Part shown: piece after piece, positions 30,973 through 41,848 of the stretch
Position numbering within the stretch: the stretch's first letter is position 1
How the letters are laid out: each line of letters opens with the position of its first letter
Assembly (NCBI GenBank): GCA_963810935.1
Contig: CAWEPK010000010.1
Location: 288,001 to 352,000 of the forward strand
Length of the DNA: 64,000 nucleotides
Direction: 5' to 3'
Origin: an uncultured delta proteobacterium
Lineage (GTDB): Bacteria > Desulfobacterota > Syntrophorhabdia > Syntrophorhabdales > WCHB1-27
The notes under the pieces: generated by a model
The model's database searches: none
What the model was told of the DNA's origin: nothing
The model's input: the letters and a program-made list of their open reading frames with translations, nothing else
Made by a program: the position numbers and the translations under genes

Positions 30973-31229
30973 GAACTATAAGGCAGCGGATTGATAATCC
31001 GACACCGGCCGGCGAGAAGTGCGACCCGGCCGGCCGGTGCGCGGGCTGCGCGCACTTCGAGGCGGACCCGGCCATGGTTGAGTCCGCGTTGCCGGGGATG
31101 ACGGTTCTCGCATCGGCCTACTCGTCGGTAAGCGCCGGTGTGGGGCTGTGTATGCTCCACGACCTCGTTGTCTCCCCGTGGAAGGGGTGCGGGGACTTCG
31201 AGGAGCGGGGCGGCGGCAGTCCGGCATAG
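30969..31229 (+). CDS. Small 4-Cys protein (HiPIP-like CxxC...C...C spacing)
   Basis: CAGCAHF...GLCMLHD...CGDF; GTG start overlaps the upstream stop. Confidence 0.6.
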   Translation: MRTIRQRIDNPTPAGEKCDPAGRCAGCAHFEADPAMVESALPGMTVLASAYSSVSAGVGLCMLHDLVVSPWKGCGDFEERGGGSPA

Positions 31230-31254
31230 CGTACAACGTGGAAGGAGGGGTCTC

Positions 31255-32301
31255 GTGGAAGACGAGATAAGCAGGAGAGATTTTCTCAAGACGACCGTCG
31301 GCGCTGGGGCGGTATTGATGGCAGGAGGTGTCATGGGAGGGGCAAAGACGGCTTACGGCGCAGTAAAAATGGCGGAGCTCGACAAGCTGAACATCACGAT
31401 CATAACCGACAACTATTACGACGCCCTCAGGCCCGACGCGCCAATAACGAAGAGGTTCCGCACGCAGCCCGGCAAGTGGATGCACGCAGAGCACGGCCTC
31501 TCGTATTTTATCGAGACGGCGGGCGGCGGCAAGACCGGCGTTTTCATGTTCGACTACGGCCTCGATGCGCAGGGCGTGAAAAGGAACATGGACGTGCTCG
31601 GCCTCGATGCAGGCAGGGCGGAAGGCTTCGGCCTGTCGCACGGCCATTTCGACCACTGGGGCGGCTTCACTCAGATGCTCGCCTTGAATAAAGACAGGAT
31701 AAAGAAGGGGGCGCCGCTCTACCTGGGCGAGGGCGCGTTCGACCAAAGATATTCGTTGGTGCCGGGCACCAGCCAGAGACTCGATATCGGCCGCTTGAGC
31801 AAGGCCGACATAGAGGCAACGGGCCTGGTTCGGGTCGTTGAGGTCAAAGCCCCCACGGAGGTTATGCCGGGCGGTTATTTTTCGGGCCACGTCGAGCAGG
31901 TGACCGAGTACGAGAAAGTGCCGCCTGTCCTTCTTGTCGAGCAGAACGGCGCAATCGGCGTCGATTCCTTCCCCGGCGAGCAGGCAATGGCGTTCAACGT
32001 CAAAGGAAAGGGCCTGGTAATCGTTTCGAGCTGCGCCCACAGGGGCATCGTGAATACGGTGAAGCACATCCGGAAGATGTCGGGGGTCGAGAAGGTCCAC
32101 GCGGTAGTCGGCGGCTTCCACCTGGTAAACGCTAAGCCGGAAGTCATAGAAAGGACCGTAGCCGACATGAAGGCTATAAACCCGGCGTATCTCGTCCCGG
32201 CCCATTGCACGGGCTTCGAGGCGACGATTGCCTTTGCGAAGGCCATGCCCGACAGCTTCATACTCAACACGGCGGGCACGAAATATACGTTTTCGGCATA
32301 A
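31255..32301 (+). CDS. Tat-exported MBL-fold metallo-hydrolase
   Basis: SRRDFLK Tat motif, AEHGLS, LSHGHFDHWGG, CAHRG, GGFHL, HCTG. Confidence 0.88.
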   Translation: MEDEISRRDFLKTTVGAGAVLMAGGVMGGAKTAYGAVKMAELDKLNITIITDNYYDALRPDAPITKRFRTQPGKWMHAEHGLSYFIETAGGGKTGVFMFDYGLDAQGVKRNMDVLGLDAGRAEGFGLSHGHFDHWGGFTQMLALNKDRIKKGAPLYLGEGAFDQRYSLVPGTSQRLDIGRLSKADIEATGLVRVVEVKAPTEVMPGGYFSGHVEQVTEYEKVPPVLLVEQNGAIGVDSFPGEQAMAFNVKGKGLVIVSSCAHRGIVNTVKHIRKMSGVEKVHAVVGGFHLVNAKPEVIERTVADMKAINPAYLVPAHCTGFEATIAFAKAMPDSFILNTAGTKYTFSA

Positions 32302-32439
32302 TCGTTTTTGCGTTCCCGAAGGGGTGCGGATTGCATGCCCTTTCCGGGCAATCGTTATAGTGTTTATGTAAGCAATCGCGGTTCGGCCGGCTGTCCTGCA
32401 TGGACGAAAACGTTTGCTTGACAAACAATGCGCATATAG

Positions 32440-32451
32440 TTAGTATACTAA
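32440..32451. promoter_or_regulatory. Candidate MarR operator 1 overlapping the -10 region
   Basis: Palindrome TTAGTATACTAA about 17 nt after TTGACA (32418). Confidence 0.65.
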
Positions 32452-32467
32452 TTATTAGGAGATTGGC

Positions 32468-32899
32468 ATGTCACGTCTCGATCCATATGAAAGCCTGGGT
32501 TTCCACTGCGGCCTGACGTTCAAGGCGTTCATCTCATCCGTAGAGCGCGGCCTGAAAGGCACAGGCGTGAGCCCGGCCCAGTTCCTTGCGCTTGCGCACC
32601 TGATGGCCCTCGGCCCGCTGTCGCAGACAGAGCTAGTCGAGCGTCTTTCCATAACAAAGGCAACGGGTGTGCGTCTCGTCGATCGCATGGAGCGCGACGG
32701 CTGGGTAGTGCGGCAACCGGACCCGGCTGACGGGCGCATAAAGCGTGTGGTTGCTACACAGAAGGCGGTAGAAGTCTGGGGCGAGGTATCCAAGACGGGC
32801 CGCGAGGTACTGGAGAGGGCTTACCGGGGCGTCCATCCCGCCGAGATAGAGACGGTCAAGCGTGTGCTGGGACGGGTTCGGAAGAACCTGGGCGCGTGA
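32468..32899 (+). CDS. MarR family transcriptional regulator
   Basis: LSQTEL...LVDRMERDGWVVR..DPADGR winged helix. Confidence 0.92.
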   Translation: MSRLDPYESLGFHCGLTFKAFISSVERGLKGTGVSPAQFLALAHLMALGPLSQTELVERLSITKATGVRLVDRMERDGWVVRQPDPADGRIKRVVATQKAVEVWGEVSKTGREVLERAYRGVHPAEIETVKRVLGRVRKNLGA

Positions 32900-32915
32900 T
32901 TTTTTTATCACGATA

Positions 32916-32929
32916 GTTAGTATACTAAC
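32916..32929. promoter_or_regulatory. Candidate MarR operator 2 upstream of chrA
   Basis: Perfect palindrome GTTAGTATACTAAC with the same core as at 32440. Confidence 0.65.
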
Positions 32930-32950
32930 GGCATATCGGGGAGGCGACTC

Positions 32951-34126
32951 ATGGAAGATCAACCATCTCCGGGCAGCCTGTTCGTGAGGTTTTTGAAATT
33001 GGGCTGCACGGCTTACGGCGGGCCGGCCATGATCGGGCAGATCAGGCAAACGGCCGTCTCAGCGCACGGCTGGCTGAAAGATGAGGAATTTTTACGCGGG
33101 CTCGCGTTCGTGCAGGCGATACCCGGGGGCACCGTCCCCCAGATGGTGGCTTACGTTGGGTATCGTGTGGGCGGTTTTGCCGGCGCCTTAGCTGCCGCCC
33201 TGGGGTACCTTATCCCTCCTTTCGCGGCGCTGGTGGTCCTCTCAACTGTATACTTCAGGGCCGGATCGCTCTGGCTGAGAGAGCCTCTCTTCAAGGGCCT
33301 TTCGGCAATCGCGGTCGCCATCGTGCTCAATGCGTGCCTGACCCTCGGAAAGCCTATACTCCGTGACTGGCAGGCCGTCCTCATCGCCGTTCTCTCTTTG
33401 GTCGGATTCTTTCTCAGGCTGAACGTCCTGGCGATCCTTGCGTTCGCCGCCCTCGCCGCTCTTTTTCTCTATAGAAAGGGTGAGGATACCGGAAGCCCGC
33501 GCAGCGGCGGGGATGCGCCGCAACTGCGCAAAAAAGATTATTGTCTTCTCGGACTCCTTGCAGCATCGATCTCCGGTCTTTTCGCGGCCGCCTATCTCAT
33601 AGACCCGCCGCTTGCCCGCCTGAGCCTCCGGCTCGTCAAGATCGGCGCCCTGATGTTCGGCGGCGGCTACACCGTTATTCCCCTTATCCAGTACGAGGTT
33701 GTCGACGAGTTTCACTGGATCGCCACAAAGGAGTTCCTTGACGGTATCGCCCTCGGCCAGTTGACCCCAGGTCCCATGATGATCACCGCCTTCATCGGCA
33801 ACCATCATTCCGGGCTGCTCGGCGCAACATTGGCTACAGTGGCGCTCATGTCCCCGTCCTTTTTCATGCTGATGCTTTTCCTGCCGTACCACGACCGGCT
33901 GAAGGGGATAAAGGCAGTGGCGAAGCTGGAACGCGGCATACTCGCCTCTTTCGTCGGCATGCTCGGGCTCGTCCTCTACGGTTTCGAAAGGACGGCTTTC
34001 ACCGACGTTTTCACCGTTCTGCTCGCTGCGGGCGCTTTTTTCGCTCTCGTGAAGAAGGTCGGCCTCCCGTGGATCGTGCTGGTTGGGGGCGGCCTGTCCC
34101 TCCTTATCTTCGGGCATACCGTATAA
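32951..34126 (+). CDS. chrA: Chromate efflux transporter (CHR family)
   Basis: Duplicated halves FLKLG..AYGG / KIGALMFGGG, Q..PG motifs. Confidence 0.88.
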   Translation: MEDQPSPGSLFVRFLKLGCTAYGGPAMIGQIRQTAVSAHGWLKDEEFLRGLAFVQAIPGGTVPQMVAYVGYRVGGFAGALAAALGYLIPPFAALVVLSTVYFRAGSLWLREPLFKGLSAIAVAIVLNACLTLGKPILRDWQAVLIAVLSLVGFFLRLNVLAILAFAALAALFLYRKGEDTGSPRSGGDAPQLRKKDYCLLGLLAASISGLFAAAYLIDPPLARLSLRLVKIGALMFGGGYTVIPLIQYEVVDEFHWIATKEFLDGIALGQLTPGPMMITAFIGNHHSGLLGATLATVALMSPSFFMLMLFLPYHDRLKGIKAVAKLERGILASFVGMLGLVLYGFERTAFTDVFTVLLAAGAFFALVKKVGLPWIVLVGGGLSLLIFGHTV

Positions 34127-34170
34127 CACCGCATTTGGAGCGCCTTCTCTGCCGCCACGGCTATCTTGAC

Positions 34171-34187
34171 GTTAATTCGTTATTAAC
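34171..34187 (+). promoter_or_regulatory. GTTAA-N7-TTAAC motif upstream of the sigma-54 activator
   Basis: GTTAAttcgttaTTAAC immediately after TTGAC, with further TTAAC copies to about 34217. Confidence 0.55.
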
Positions 34188-34231
34188 GTAAGTTATTAAC
34201 ACCAGTTCAGCGTTAACAAAACGGAGGGGCG

Positions 34232-35602
34232 ATGAAGGCCGATATTCCCGAATATTGGAAGACCGTCGTCGATACGATGATGGACGGAGTGATCGTCGTC
34301 GACGGGGAGGGCACGATAGTATCGATAAACAAGGCCCTGGAAAGGATAACGGGATATTCGGCAGCCGAGCTCGTAGGCCAGGATTGCCTGATACTCGATT
34401 GCGATACGTGCTTTTCCGAGAACCGGAAAGGAAAACGGGAGAGGCAGTGCCCCCTTCTGTGGAACGGGTCGGTCGTAAGGCATCGCTGCAGCATCAGGCG
34501 GAAAGACGGTTCGCTTCTTTACACGCTGAAAAACGGGGCCTTGCTGAGGGACGCCGGCGGGGACGTAGTCGGAGGGGTCGAGACGCTCACCGACATCACG
34601 GACCTCGTGGCGAAGGAGCAGACAATAAAAGAGTGAAGGTACCTCCTGTCGCCGGGCGACGGGTTTGCGGGGATAATCGGCCAAAGCTCCGTAATGCTCG
34701 ATGTCTTCGAGCTGATACGCAACGCGGCCGCTTCCGATGCGCCCATAATCATTTACGGGGAGAGCGGGACCGGAAAAGAGCTGGTGGCAAACGCCGTTCA
34801 CGCATCAGGCGGCAGGAATAGCGGGCCCTTCATCAAGGTGAGTTGCGCAGCGCTCAACCAATCATTGCTTGAGAGCGAGTTATTCGGCCACGTGAAGGGC
34901 GCTTTCACCGGCGCCGACAGGGACCGAAAAGGAAGGTTCGAATCGGCCAATAAGGGCGACCTCTTTCTGGACGAGATCGGCGATATCCCGCTTTCCACGC
35001 AGGTCAAGCTCCTGAGGGTGCTCCAGGAGAAAGAGATCGAGCGGGTCGGAGACCAGAAACCGATAGCCATCGACGCGCGTGTGATAGCCGCCACGCATCG
35101 CGACATAGAGCGCATGTGCCGGGACGGCGCCTTCCGGGACGACCTCTACTACCGGCTTAGCGTTATACCCATCCGCGTGCCGCCTTTGCGCGAGCGCCGG
35201 GACGATATACCCCTTCTGGTCGATCACTTCATCAAGACGATAAGGCTGAGAAGCGAAAAAGACGTCTACGGGGTGAGCGAGGAGGCGATGGAGCGGCTGA
35301 TGGCCTACGCATGGCCGGGCAACGTGCGGGAGCTGATAAACGTGCTGGAATATGCCTTTGTGGTCTGCCGGGACACCGCCATATCGACGCAGCACCTTCC
35401 CGCACTGGCCGGAAAGGAAGCCAATCGCCGCGACACGGCCGTTACGGAAGACGGCCGGAGGGAACAGCTCATTAAAGCGATGGAAGAGGCGGGAGGCAAC
35501 AGGCAGAAGGCTGCGGACATCCTCGGGATAAGCCGCGTCACCCTCTGGAAGCTCCTCAAAAAATACGGCGTCAAACCGGAGATGAAATTTACCACCCCCT
35601 GA
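34232..35602 (+). CDS. PAS-AAA+-Fis sigma-54-dependent activator, interrupted by an in-frame TGA at 34634
   Basis: Cys-rich PAS (34232-34633) is in frame with GESGTGKE, GAFTGA, LDEIG and the Fis HTH. Confidence 0.88.
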
Positions 35603-35673
35603 CGTCTGGACGCCCCGGTAGGCATGGACCGATTGGCGTGTCTGTCCTTTTCGCCGGCCTGCGCTTCTTTGCG

Positions 35674-37100
35674 CTACTTCACCTTTACCCTTATCTTCGC
35701 TATGATTTTCTTTTTCAGGTCCGCCGCAACAAGGGTGATGCGCTCGTTAGGCGGGACCGTCGCGATGATCTCAGCGAAGCTGTCCAGTCCGGAAATCATC
35801 TGGCCGTTGACGTCGACGATTATGTCCCCCACCTCCATCCCTGCCTTCGCAAGCGGACCTTGCGGATCGATTTTAGCAACGACGACCCCCTGTTGCGGCC
35901 TGACTCCACTTGCCCCGCCTCCTGAGGCGTCATCGGCCTGAATTCAGCTCCCAATCGCTCGCGGGCCGACACCTCCATGATCTTATCGGCTTCAGCCATA
36001 CTCGCGACTCTGGCAGTCAGCTCCTGTTTCTTGCCCTCCCTGAGCACCGTGATTTTGACGTCGGTGCCTACCGGGGTCATGGCGACTGCGTTCTGGAGGG
36101 CGACGGGGTCCGCGATTTCTTTGCCCTGGTAGGCCGTTATCAGGTCGCCTTTCCGGATGCCGGCCCTGTCCGCAGGGCTGTCCTTCGTTATTTCTACGAC
36201 GAAGGCGCCTTTGACCCCCGCAAGTCCCAGTGATTTGGCTTTTTCGGGCGTCAGGCGACCGATTGTCACTCCCAGCCACGCCCGCTCGACCTTACCATAT
36301 GCGATGAGGGTCTTCCCTATGTGAAGGGCAATATTGCTGGGAACGGCGAAACCCAGGCCCTCGGAGCCGCCCGATTCGCTCGCTATCGCAGTATTGACCC
36401 CGATAACCTCACCCTTGAGGTTGAGGAGCGGACCGCCGCTGTTGCCCGGGTTCAGGGCCGCATCCGTCTGGATGAAATCCTGGTAGCTCATCGGGTCGAG
36501 GAGGCCGGTCCTGTGCTGGGCGCTTATGATGCCTTGCGTGACCGTCTCGTTGAGTCCTCTCGGCTGGCCTATCGCCACTACCCACTGGCCGACCGCCAGC
36601 TTGTCGGAATCTCCGAAAACAACGGGGGTAAGGGGTTCTTTCGTTTCGATGCGGATGACGGCCAGGTCCGTTTTCTCGTCGCTTCCCACCAGCTTCGCCT
36701 CATAAGTGCTTCCGTCGTAAAGCCGTACTTCGATCTTTGTCGCTCCGCTCGCGACGTGGCTGTTCGTAAGGATGTGGCCGGCCGTATCCATTATTATGCC
36801 GGAGCCTATCCCGCGCAACTCCCCTCGGTGTCTCCCCGGCGTCCTCGGCCCGAACCGGCGGGCGGACGGCTCCTTTTCGGACGGGATCAATTGGCTCTTC
36901 ATCTCGGCACGCTCCGTCACCTCTATGTGGACGACCCCCGGGATGTTCTTTTTGGCTACGTCCTCTATGGCCGTAGTGACATCGACCGATGCGGCGCCTG
37001 CCGTCGTGCAATAAAGGCCGCCGGGGGCAATGCACGAGAAGAGAAGAAGGAAAAACAAAGCCGCTCGAAGAGCGATGGCTGAAAGAGACAGTCCCGACAT
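35674..37100 (-). CDS. degP: DegP/HtrA serine protease with PDZ domains (frameshift near 35912 as assembled)
   Basis: TNSHV, TDLAV, LNPGNSGGPL catalytic triad; second PDZ continues in another frame to the stop at 35674. Confidence 0.88.
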
Positions 37101-37335
37101 GATATCCTCCCTTTGCTTTCGATTACCGGTTATCAGCTTATGTTCGCAGGACCCGAACTGTCGTTCATTTTTGCACGTACCCTTTCCCGAAATATATACA
37201 TGAGCGAGGCGAGCTTCAATCATTGGGGCTTAGCGCCCCCTCCACGGCAAAGCTCGACCCTCCCCTCCTTACGTCGGGCACCTCCTGGTGACCCTTTCCT
37301 TATTATTTCGGGCAGGTGCCCCGGCTTACGGCCGC

Positions 37336-38367
37336 TTAAGGCAATAATGGAAGGGAAACTTTGAAGGTCGCTCCCCTTTCGGAAGGCTGCAAGACCGCCA
37401 CTTCCCCGCCGTGGGCCTCGACGATCTTGACGACGATAGCGAGACCCAGCCCTGTGCCGTGCCGCTTGGTTGTAAAGAACGGGGCGAAGATCTGTTTCGT
37501 CTGCTCCGGCGGTATCCCGGCCCCCCGGTCCGTCACTTCGAAGAACACCTTGTCTCCCCTGGCAGCGGTGCGTACCAGCACAGGCTCGCCCTCCGGCGAC
37601 GCGTCGATGGCATTGCTCACAAGGTTGAGGAAAACGCGCTCCATCCCTGCACAATCTAAGGCAGCAGGCGGCAGGGCCGGGGCAAGCTCCAGCCGGACTT
37701 CAACCCGCTTCGCCTTTGCCTTGTGTCCCAGCATCTCTACGCTTTCCCGCACTAGGCGGTTCATGTCTTCTTTAGTCGATCTGATCTCCGGGGGCCTCGA
37801 AAAATCGAGCATCTCCTTGACCATCTCCTCAAGCCTTCGCGTGCCCTGAATGATGAATTCCAGCTTCTTCAGGCTGTCATCGTCGATCCCCGGTTTCTCC
37901 TGCAGGAGGCGCGCAAAGCCGCCCATCGCCGTGAGGGGGTTGGCTATATCGTGCGCTATGCCGGACAGCGCCCTACCCATGGCCGCAAGGCTCTCAGCTT
38001 CGTGCAGTTCCTTCTCTCTGGCCGTCTCCCGGTCGGACATATAGCCTAGGATCGCCCCGACCGCGTTGTACACCACTATTTCGATCACCCTGTTGAAGTC
38101 GACTGGGGACATATGATGGCCCCAGGCCAGGACGATAAAAGGAATGTAAAGGGCGGTAACGCCCAGGGAGGTTTGCAGGGCTCCCTTGAGTCCGAACCAG
38201 AGGCCGGCAAGTATCAGGGGCAGGAAGTATATCTCGCGGAAAAGGGTGCTGTAATAGACGTACTCGGGATAATCCTGATATTGAAAGAAGGTGTAATAAC
38301 AGGAAAACGTGATGACCGCGACCAGCGCTAATATGAGGATGACCCGTCTTCTTACGCCGTTTTCCAT
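37336..38367 (-). CDS. Membrane sensor histidine kinase
   Basis: Four TM helices, IAHDIANPL, NAIDA, FFTTK..GTGLGL. Confidence 0.9.
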   Translation of the reverse strand: MENGVRRRVILILALVAVITFSCYYTFFQYQDYPEYVYYSTLFREIYFLPLILAGLWFGLKGALQTSLGVTALYIPFIVLAWGHHMSPVDFNRVIEIVVYNAVGAILGYMSDRETAREKELHEAESLAAMGRALSGIAHDIANPLTAMGGFARLLQEKPGIDDDSLKKLEFIIQGTRRLEEMVKEMLDFSRPPEIRSTKEDMNRLVRESVEMLGHKAKAKRVEVRLELAPALPPAALDCAGMERVFLNLVSNAIDASPEGEPVLVRTAARGDKVFFEVTDRGAGIPPEQTKQIFAPFFTTKRHGTGLGLAIVVKIVEAHGGEVAVLQPSERGATFKVSLPLLP

Positions 38368-38491
38368 GCTGTCTCACGATCTTTGGGGCCCGACGCGACT
38401 AAGATAACATGCTGCCCGGCCGTATAGCTGTCAATTGCAACAGGAGTACCTAGATTATGTCCGTGAATCTCATCTCCATGGAAAAGGCGCC

Positions 38492-40413
38492 ATGAACGGC
38501 AGGTTGGGCCCTGGAGCACAGGGGCGGGGTCACGGCAGTCAACCGGTTTCCAATTTTCCGTGGAGGGGCATTCTCTGGCTCCTTATCCTCCTGTTCCTTC
38601 TCGGGCCCTGGTTGTCGCGGGCGTTCATGGGCCAGGGCGTCGAGATAGGCTACAGCACATTCCGCAGGCCCATCTCCAGGCAGGCAATGTAGCTAAGGTC
38701 ACGATACGGGGAGACAGGATTTCCGGGGAGCTACGGCAGTCCGCCGAAAAACAGGTCCCGCAGGGCAAACCGATAGCCTACACGAAGTTCATCACGTATG
38801 TCCCGTCCTTCGGCGACAACAGCCTTTTGCCCATGCTCGAAAGCAAGAAGGTGGAGATCAATACGGAGCCTACCGAAGACGCGGCCTTTTGGAGGGAAGT
38901 GCTCGCGGGAATGCTGCCTTTCCTCATCATTGTCGGTTTGGCCGTCTTCTATTTCAGGCGCAAGGGGTTGGGCGGGACACAGGGCATTTTCTCCTTCGGC
39001 GGGAGCCGGGCCCGCCTCTATGAAAAGGGGAAGGAAAGGACGACTTTCAGCGATGTGGCAGGCTCGCTCGGGGCCAAGGTCGAGCTCCAGGAGATAATAG
39101 AGTTCCTTAAGGACCCGGAGAAGATCCAGCGCCTGGGAGGGAAGGCGCCGAAGGGTGTCCTCCTAGTCGGTCCGCCCGGCACCGGCAAGACGCTGCTCGC
39201 CAGGGCCGTGGCCGGTGAAGCCGACGTGCCGTTCTTCAGCATAACCGGATCCGATTTTATGAAGGTGTTCGTGGGCGTCGGCGCTTCCCGTGTACGCAGC
39301 ATGTTCGAGGACGCAAAGAAGATAGCGCCCGATATCATATTCATCGACGAGCTCGACTCTATCGGCAGAAAGCGGGGGGCGGGCATCGGCGGCGGCCAAG
39401 ACGAGAGGGAGCAGACCCTCAACCAGCTCCTTTCGGCGATGGACGGCTTCAGCCCCAACGAGCACGTAGTCGTAATGGCGGCCACCAACCGCCCCGACGT
39501 CCTCGACTCAGCCCTTCTGCGGCCGGGCCGGTTCGACAGGCGCATCACCGTGGACCTCCCCAGCCTGAAGGACCGCCTTTCCATCCTCAAAATCCACGCG
39601 AGGAACAAGCCCCTGTCGCCCGATCTCGACCTCGAGGAGGTCGCCCGCGGTACGCCGGGTTTTTCCGGGGCAGACCTCGAAAACCTCCTCAACGAGGCGG
39701 CCATCCTTGCCGCCCGCCGCAGCAAGGACAGGATAGAGCAGAAGGACATCGACGAGGCGATGGACAAGGTGCTGATGGGCCTCGAGCGTGAGAATATCGC
39801 TATAACCAACGAGGAGCGCGGCCTTCTGGCGTACCACGAAGGGGGCCACGCGGTTGTCGCTGCGGTATTGCCGGGCGCGGACCCCATCCATAAGGTCACC
39901 ATCGTGCCCAGGGGGCAGGCTATGGGCGTGACCCGGCAGCTTCCGGAGACGGAAAAGTATATTTACGAGAAGAAGTATATGCTCGACCGCCTGACGGTCA
40001 TGATGGGCGGACGGGCCGCCGAAGAGGTGGCGCGGGGGACTGCGACGAGCGGGGCCGCGCAAGACCTGAAGCAGGCGACGCTGCTTGCACGAAAGATGGT
40101 GCTCGAATGGGGGATGAGCCCGAGACTCGGCCAGATGGCCGTCGGGGAGCCCGGCGAAGACGTTTTTTTGGGCTACGAGCTGGGCCAGCGGCGCGAGTAC
40201 AGCGAAGAGACCGCGCGCGTCGCCGACGAGGAGATCAAGAGGATACTCAAGGAATCATTTGACCGCGCAGTAGAGACGCTGAAAGAACACCGTGACGGCC
40301 TGGACCGGGTCGCAAAGGACCTTATGGCGAAAGAAGAGCTTACGGGAAAAGAAGTCCTCGATCTGGTCGGGATGCACAAAGACGCGCGATACGGCGGACA
40401 AAAGGGGGCGTGA
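38492..40413 (+). CDS. ftsH: ATP-dependent zinc metalloprotease FtsH (frameshift near 38667 as assembled)
   Basis: GPPGTGKT, IFIDE, ATNRPDVLD, HEGGH; first TM helix lies in the upstream frame. Confidence 0.92.
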
Positions 40414-40501
40414 CAGGCCGGTCTCTCATTATGGCCGGCCCGGCGGAAGAGGCGCCTTTAAGGGCCTTTTTCAGAATTGCAGCTTCGCGGAAAGATTGGG
40501 C

Positions 40502-40912
40502 TTATTTGAGCTTGCCTATCGCGCTCCGGGCGCGCGCAAAGGCATCATCAAGCTCTTTGACCGATTTAACCGCCCCGCTTTCGACGTTATCTGCCAGTTT
40601 TTTCAATTCCTGTCCCGCGTCCAGGAGCCCTTCTTTGACGTCTGCAGACGCGGCTTCCGATTCGAGCCGGACGAACGCTGCCGCCTTGCGGATCTCGTCA
40701 CCTGCCTTTTTCACGTCTTTCTTCACAAAGCTCTCGCGGGCCTTCTGGAGGTGGCCTGCGGCCTCTTCCTTGAGCGATACGAGCGACTGCCTGTCCACGC
40801 ACACCTTGTCGCCGCCGGGAGCAGCCTGCGACTGGGCGTGAATCGAGACCGGGAACACCAGGACAAGAGAAACGAAAGATGCCAATCCAATGCCTAAGCA
40901 CTTAAGAACCAT
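40502..40912 (-). CDS. Exported helical hypothetical protein
   Basis: Signal peptide ending SIHA; amphipathic helical body; GGAGG RBS. Confidence 0.65.
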   Translation of the reverse strand: MVLKCLGIGLASFVSLVLVFPVSIHAQSQAAPGGDKVCVDRQSLVSLKEEAAGHLQKARESFVKKDVKKAGDEIRKAAAFVRLESEAASADVKEGLLDAGQELKKLADNVESGAVKSVKELDDAFARARSAIGKLK

Positions 40913-40994
40913 GACTGCCTCCATGTTGAAAGCAATGCAAACCTCACGGCAATCAGGACACATGCAATCTACGACGGCATGCTCAGAAGGCGTG

Positions 40995-41664
40995 CTATCC
41001 GCCTTCACCCGGCCCCATTGCCTCACCGCCCATATCGTGACCCGCCGTCATTCCCTGCCCCATCCGGCCCATGCCGCCCCCGTAACGCGACATGACCATA
41101 ACGTCCAGCCGCTGCATCTGCTCCGGCGTCAGGATGCTTCGGGCATCGATCATCGCTTGGGCCCTTCTCAACGTGAGGCGGTCCCGGATCGATATCATCT
41201 CCTTCTCCTTGGCCATGAGCGCCGCCGGATCGGCCTTGGGGTCGGTATATAGTCTGTGCATCTCAAGCCATTTCTCGGCCAGATCGAACTTCAGGTTGCG
41301 GGTGTCGCTGTAATAAAGGTTCCAGATATCGCGCATCCTGGCTGTCTGTTCTTTTGTGAGACCGAGATAGGAGGCCATCTGCTGCCGGCGGGCATAGCCC
41401 GGCATAGGGCCTCCTGGGCCCCGGCCGAAGCGGTCCGGCCCATATTCCTCCCCGGAGAAGACGGACGGGGGCGGGCCAAGGGGCGGGGACTGCGCGCCGC
41501 CAGGGGGCGATGCGGGACTGCCGCGTATTGGCGCCGATCACGAGCTGAATGCCATCGCCGGCGCTCGTATCGATTGCGCCGGCCTGCACCGGGTTAAGGA
41601 ACACGCAAAGAACAGCCGCAAACGCAAAGAGTGGAAGGGCTTTCCCATCGGCCTTCAATGTCAT
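40995..41664 (-). CDS. Spy/CpxP/ZraP-like periplasmic protein (frameshifted as assembled)
   Basis: Signal peptide in 41664 frame; LGLTKEQ and ILTPEQ (LTxxQ) motifs and Gly/Met-rich tail in the other frame. Confidence 0.75.
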
Positions 41665-41848
41665 TCGACACCTCCGTCACACATTCTTACCGAAGAAACA
41701 TAAGTCGGGGGACCTGGCAAGGCAACAACCGTGGGCGGAAGGGGCCCCGAAGGGATGAAAAAAGGAACAAAACAAGTTATGATATAAGGGCTTAACGGCA
41801 CCGCGCATCTATGGCCCGGTGCGTGAACCGGCTGATTTTAGGAGTACA

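Noticed and set aside
34634..34636. Selenocysteine codon in the sigma-54 activator
   Set aside because: It lies in a linker with no redox motif and no Cys-equivalent position is expected.
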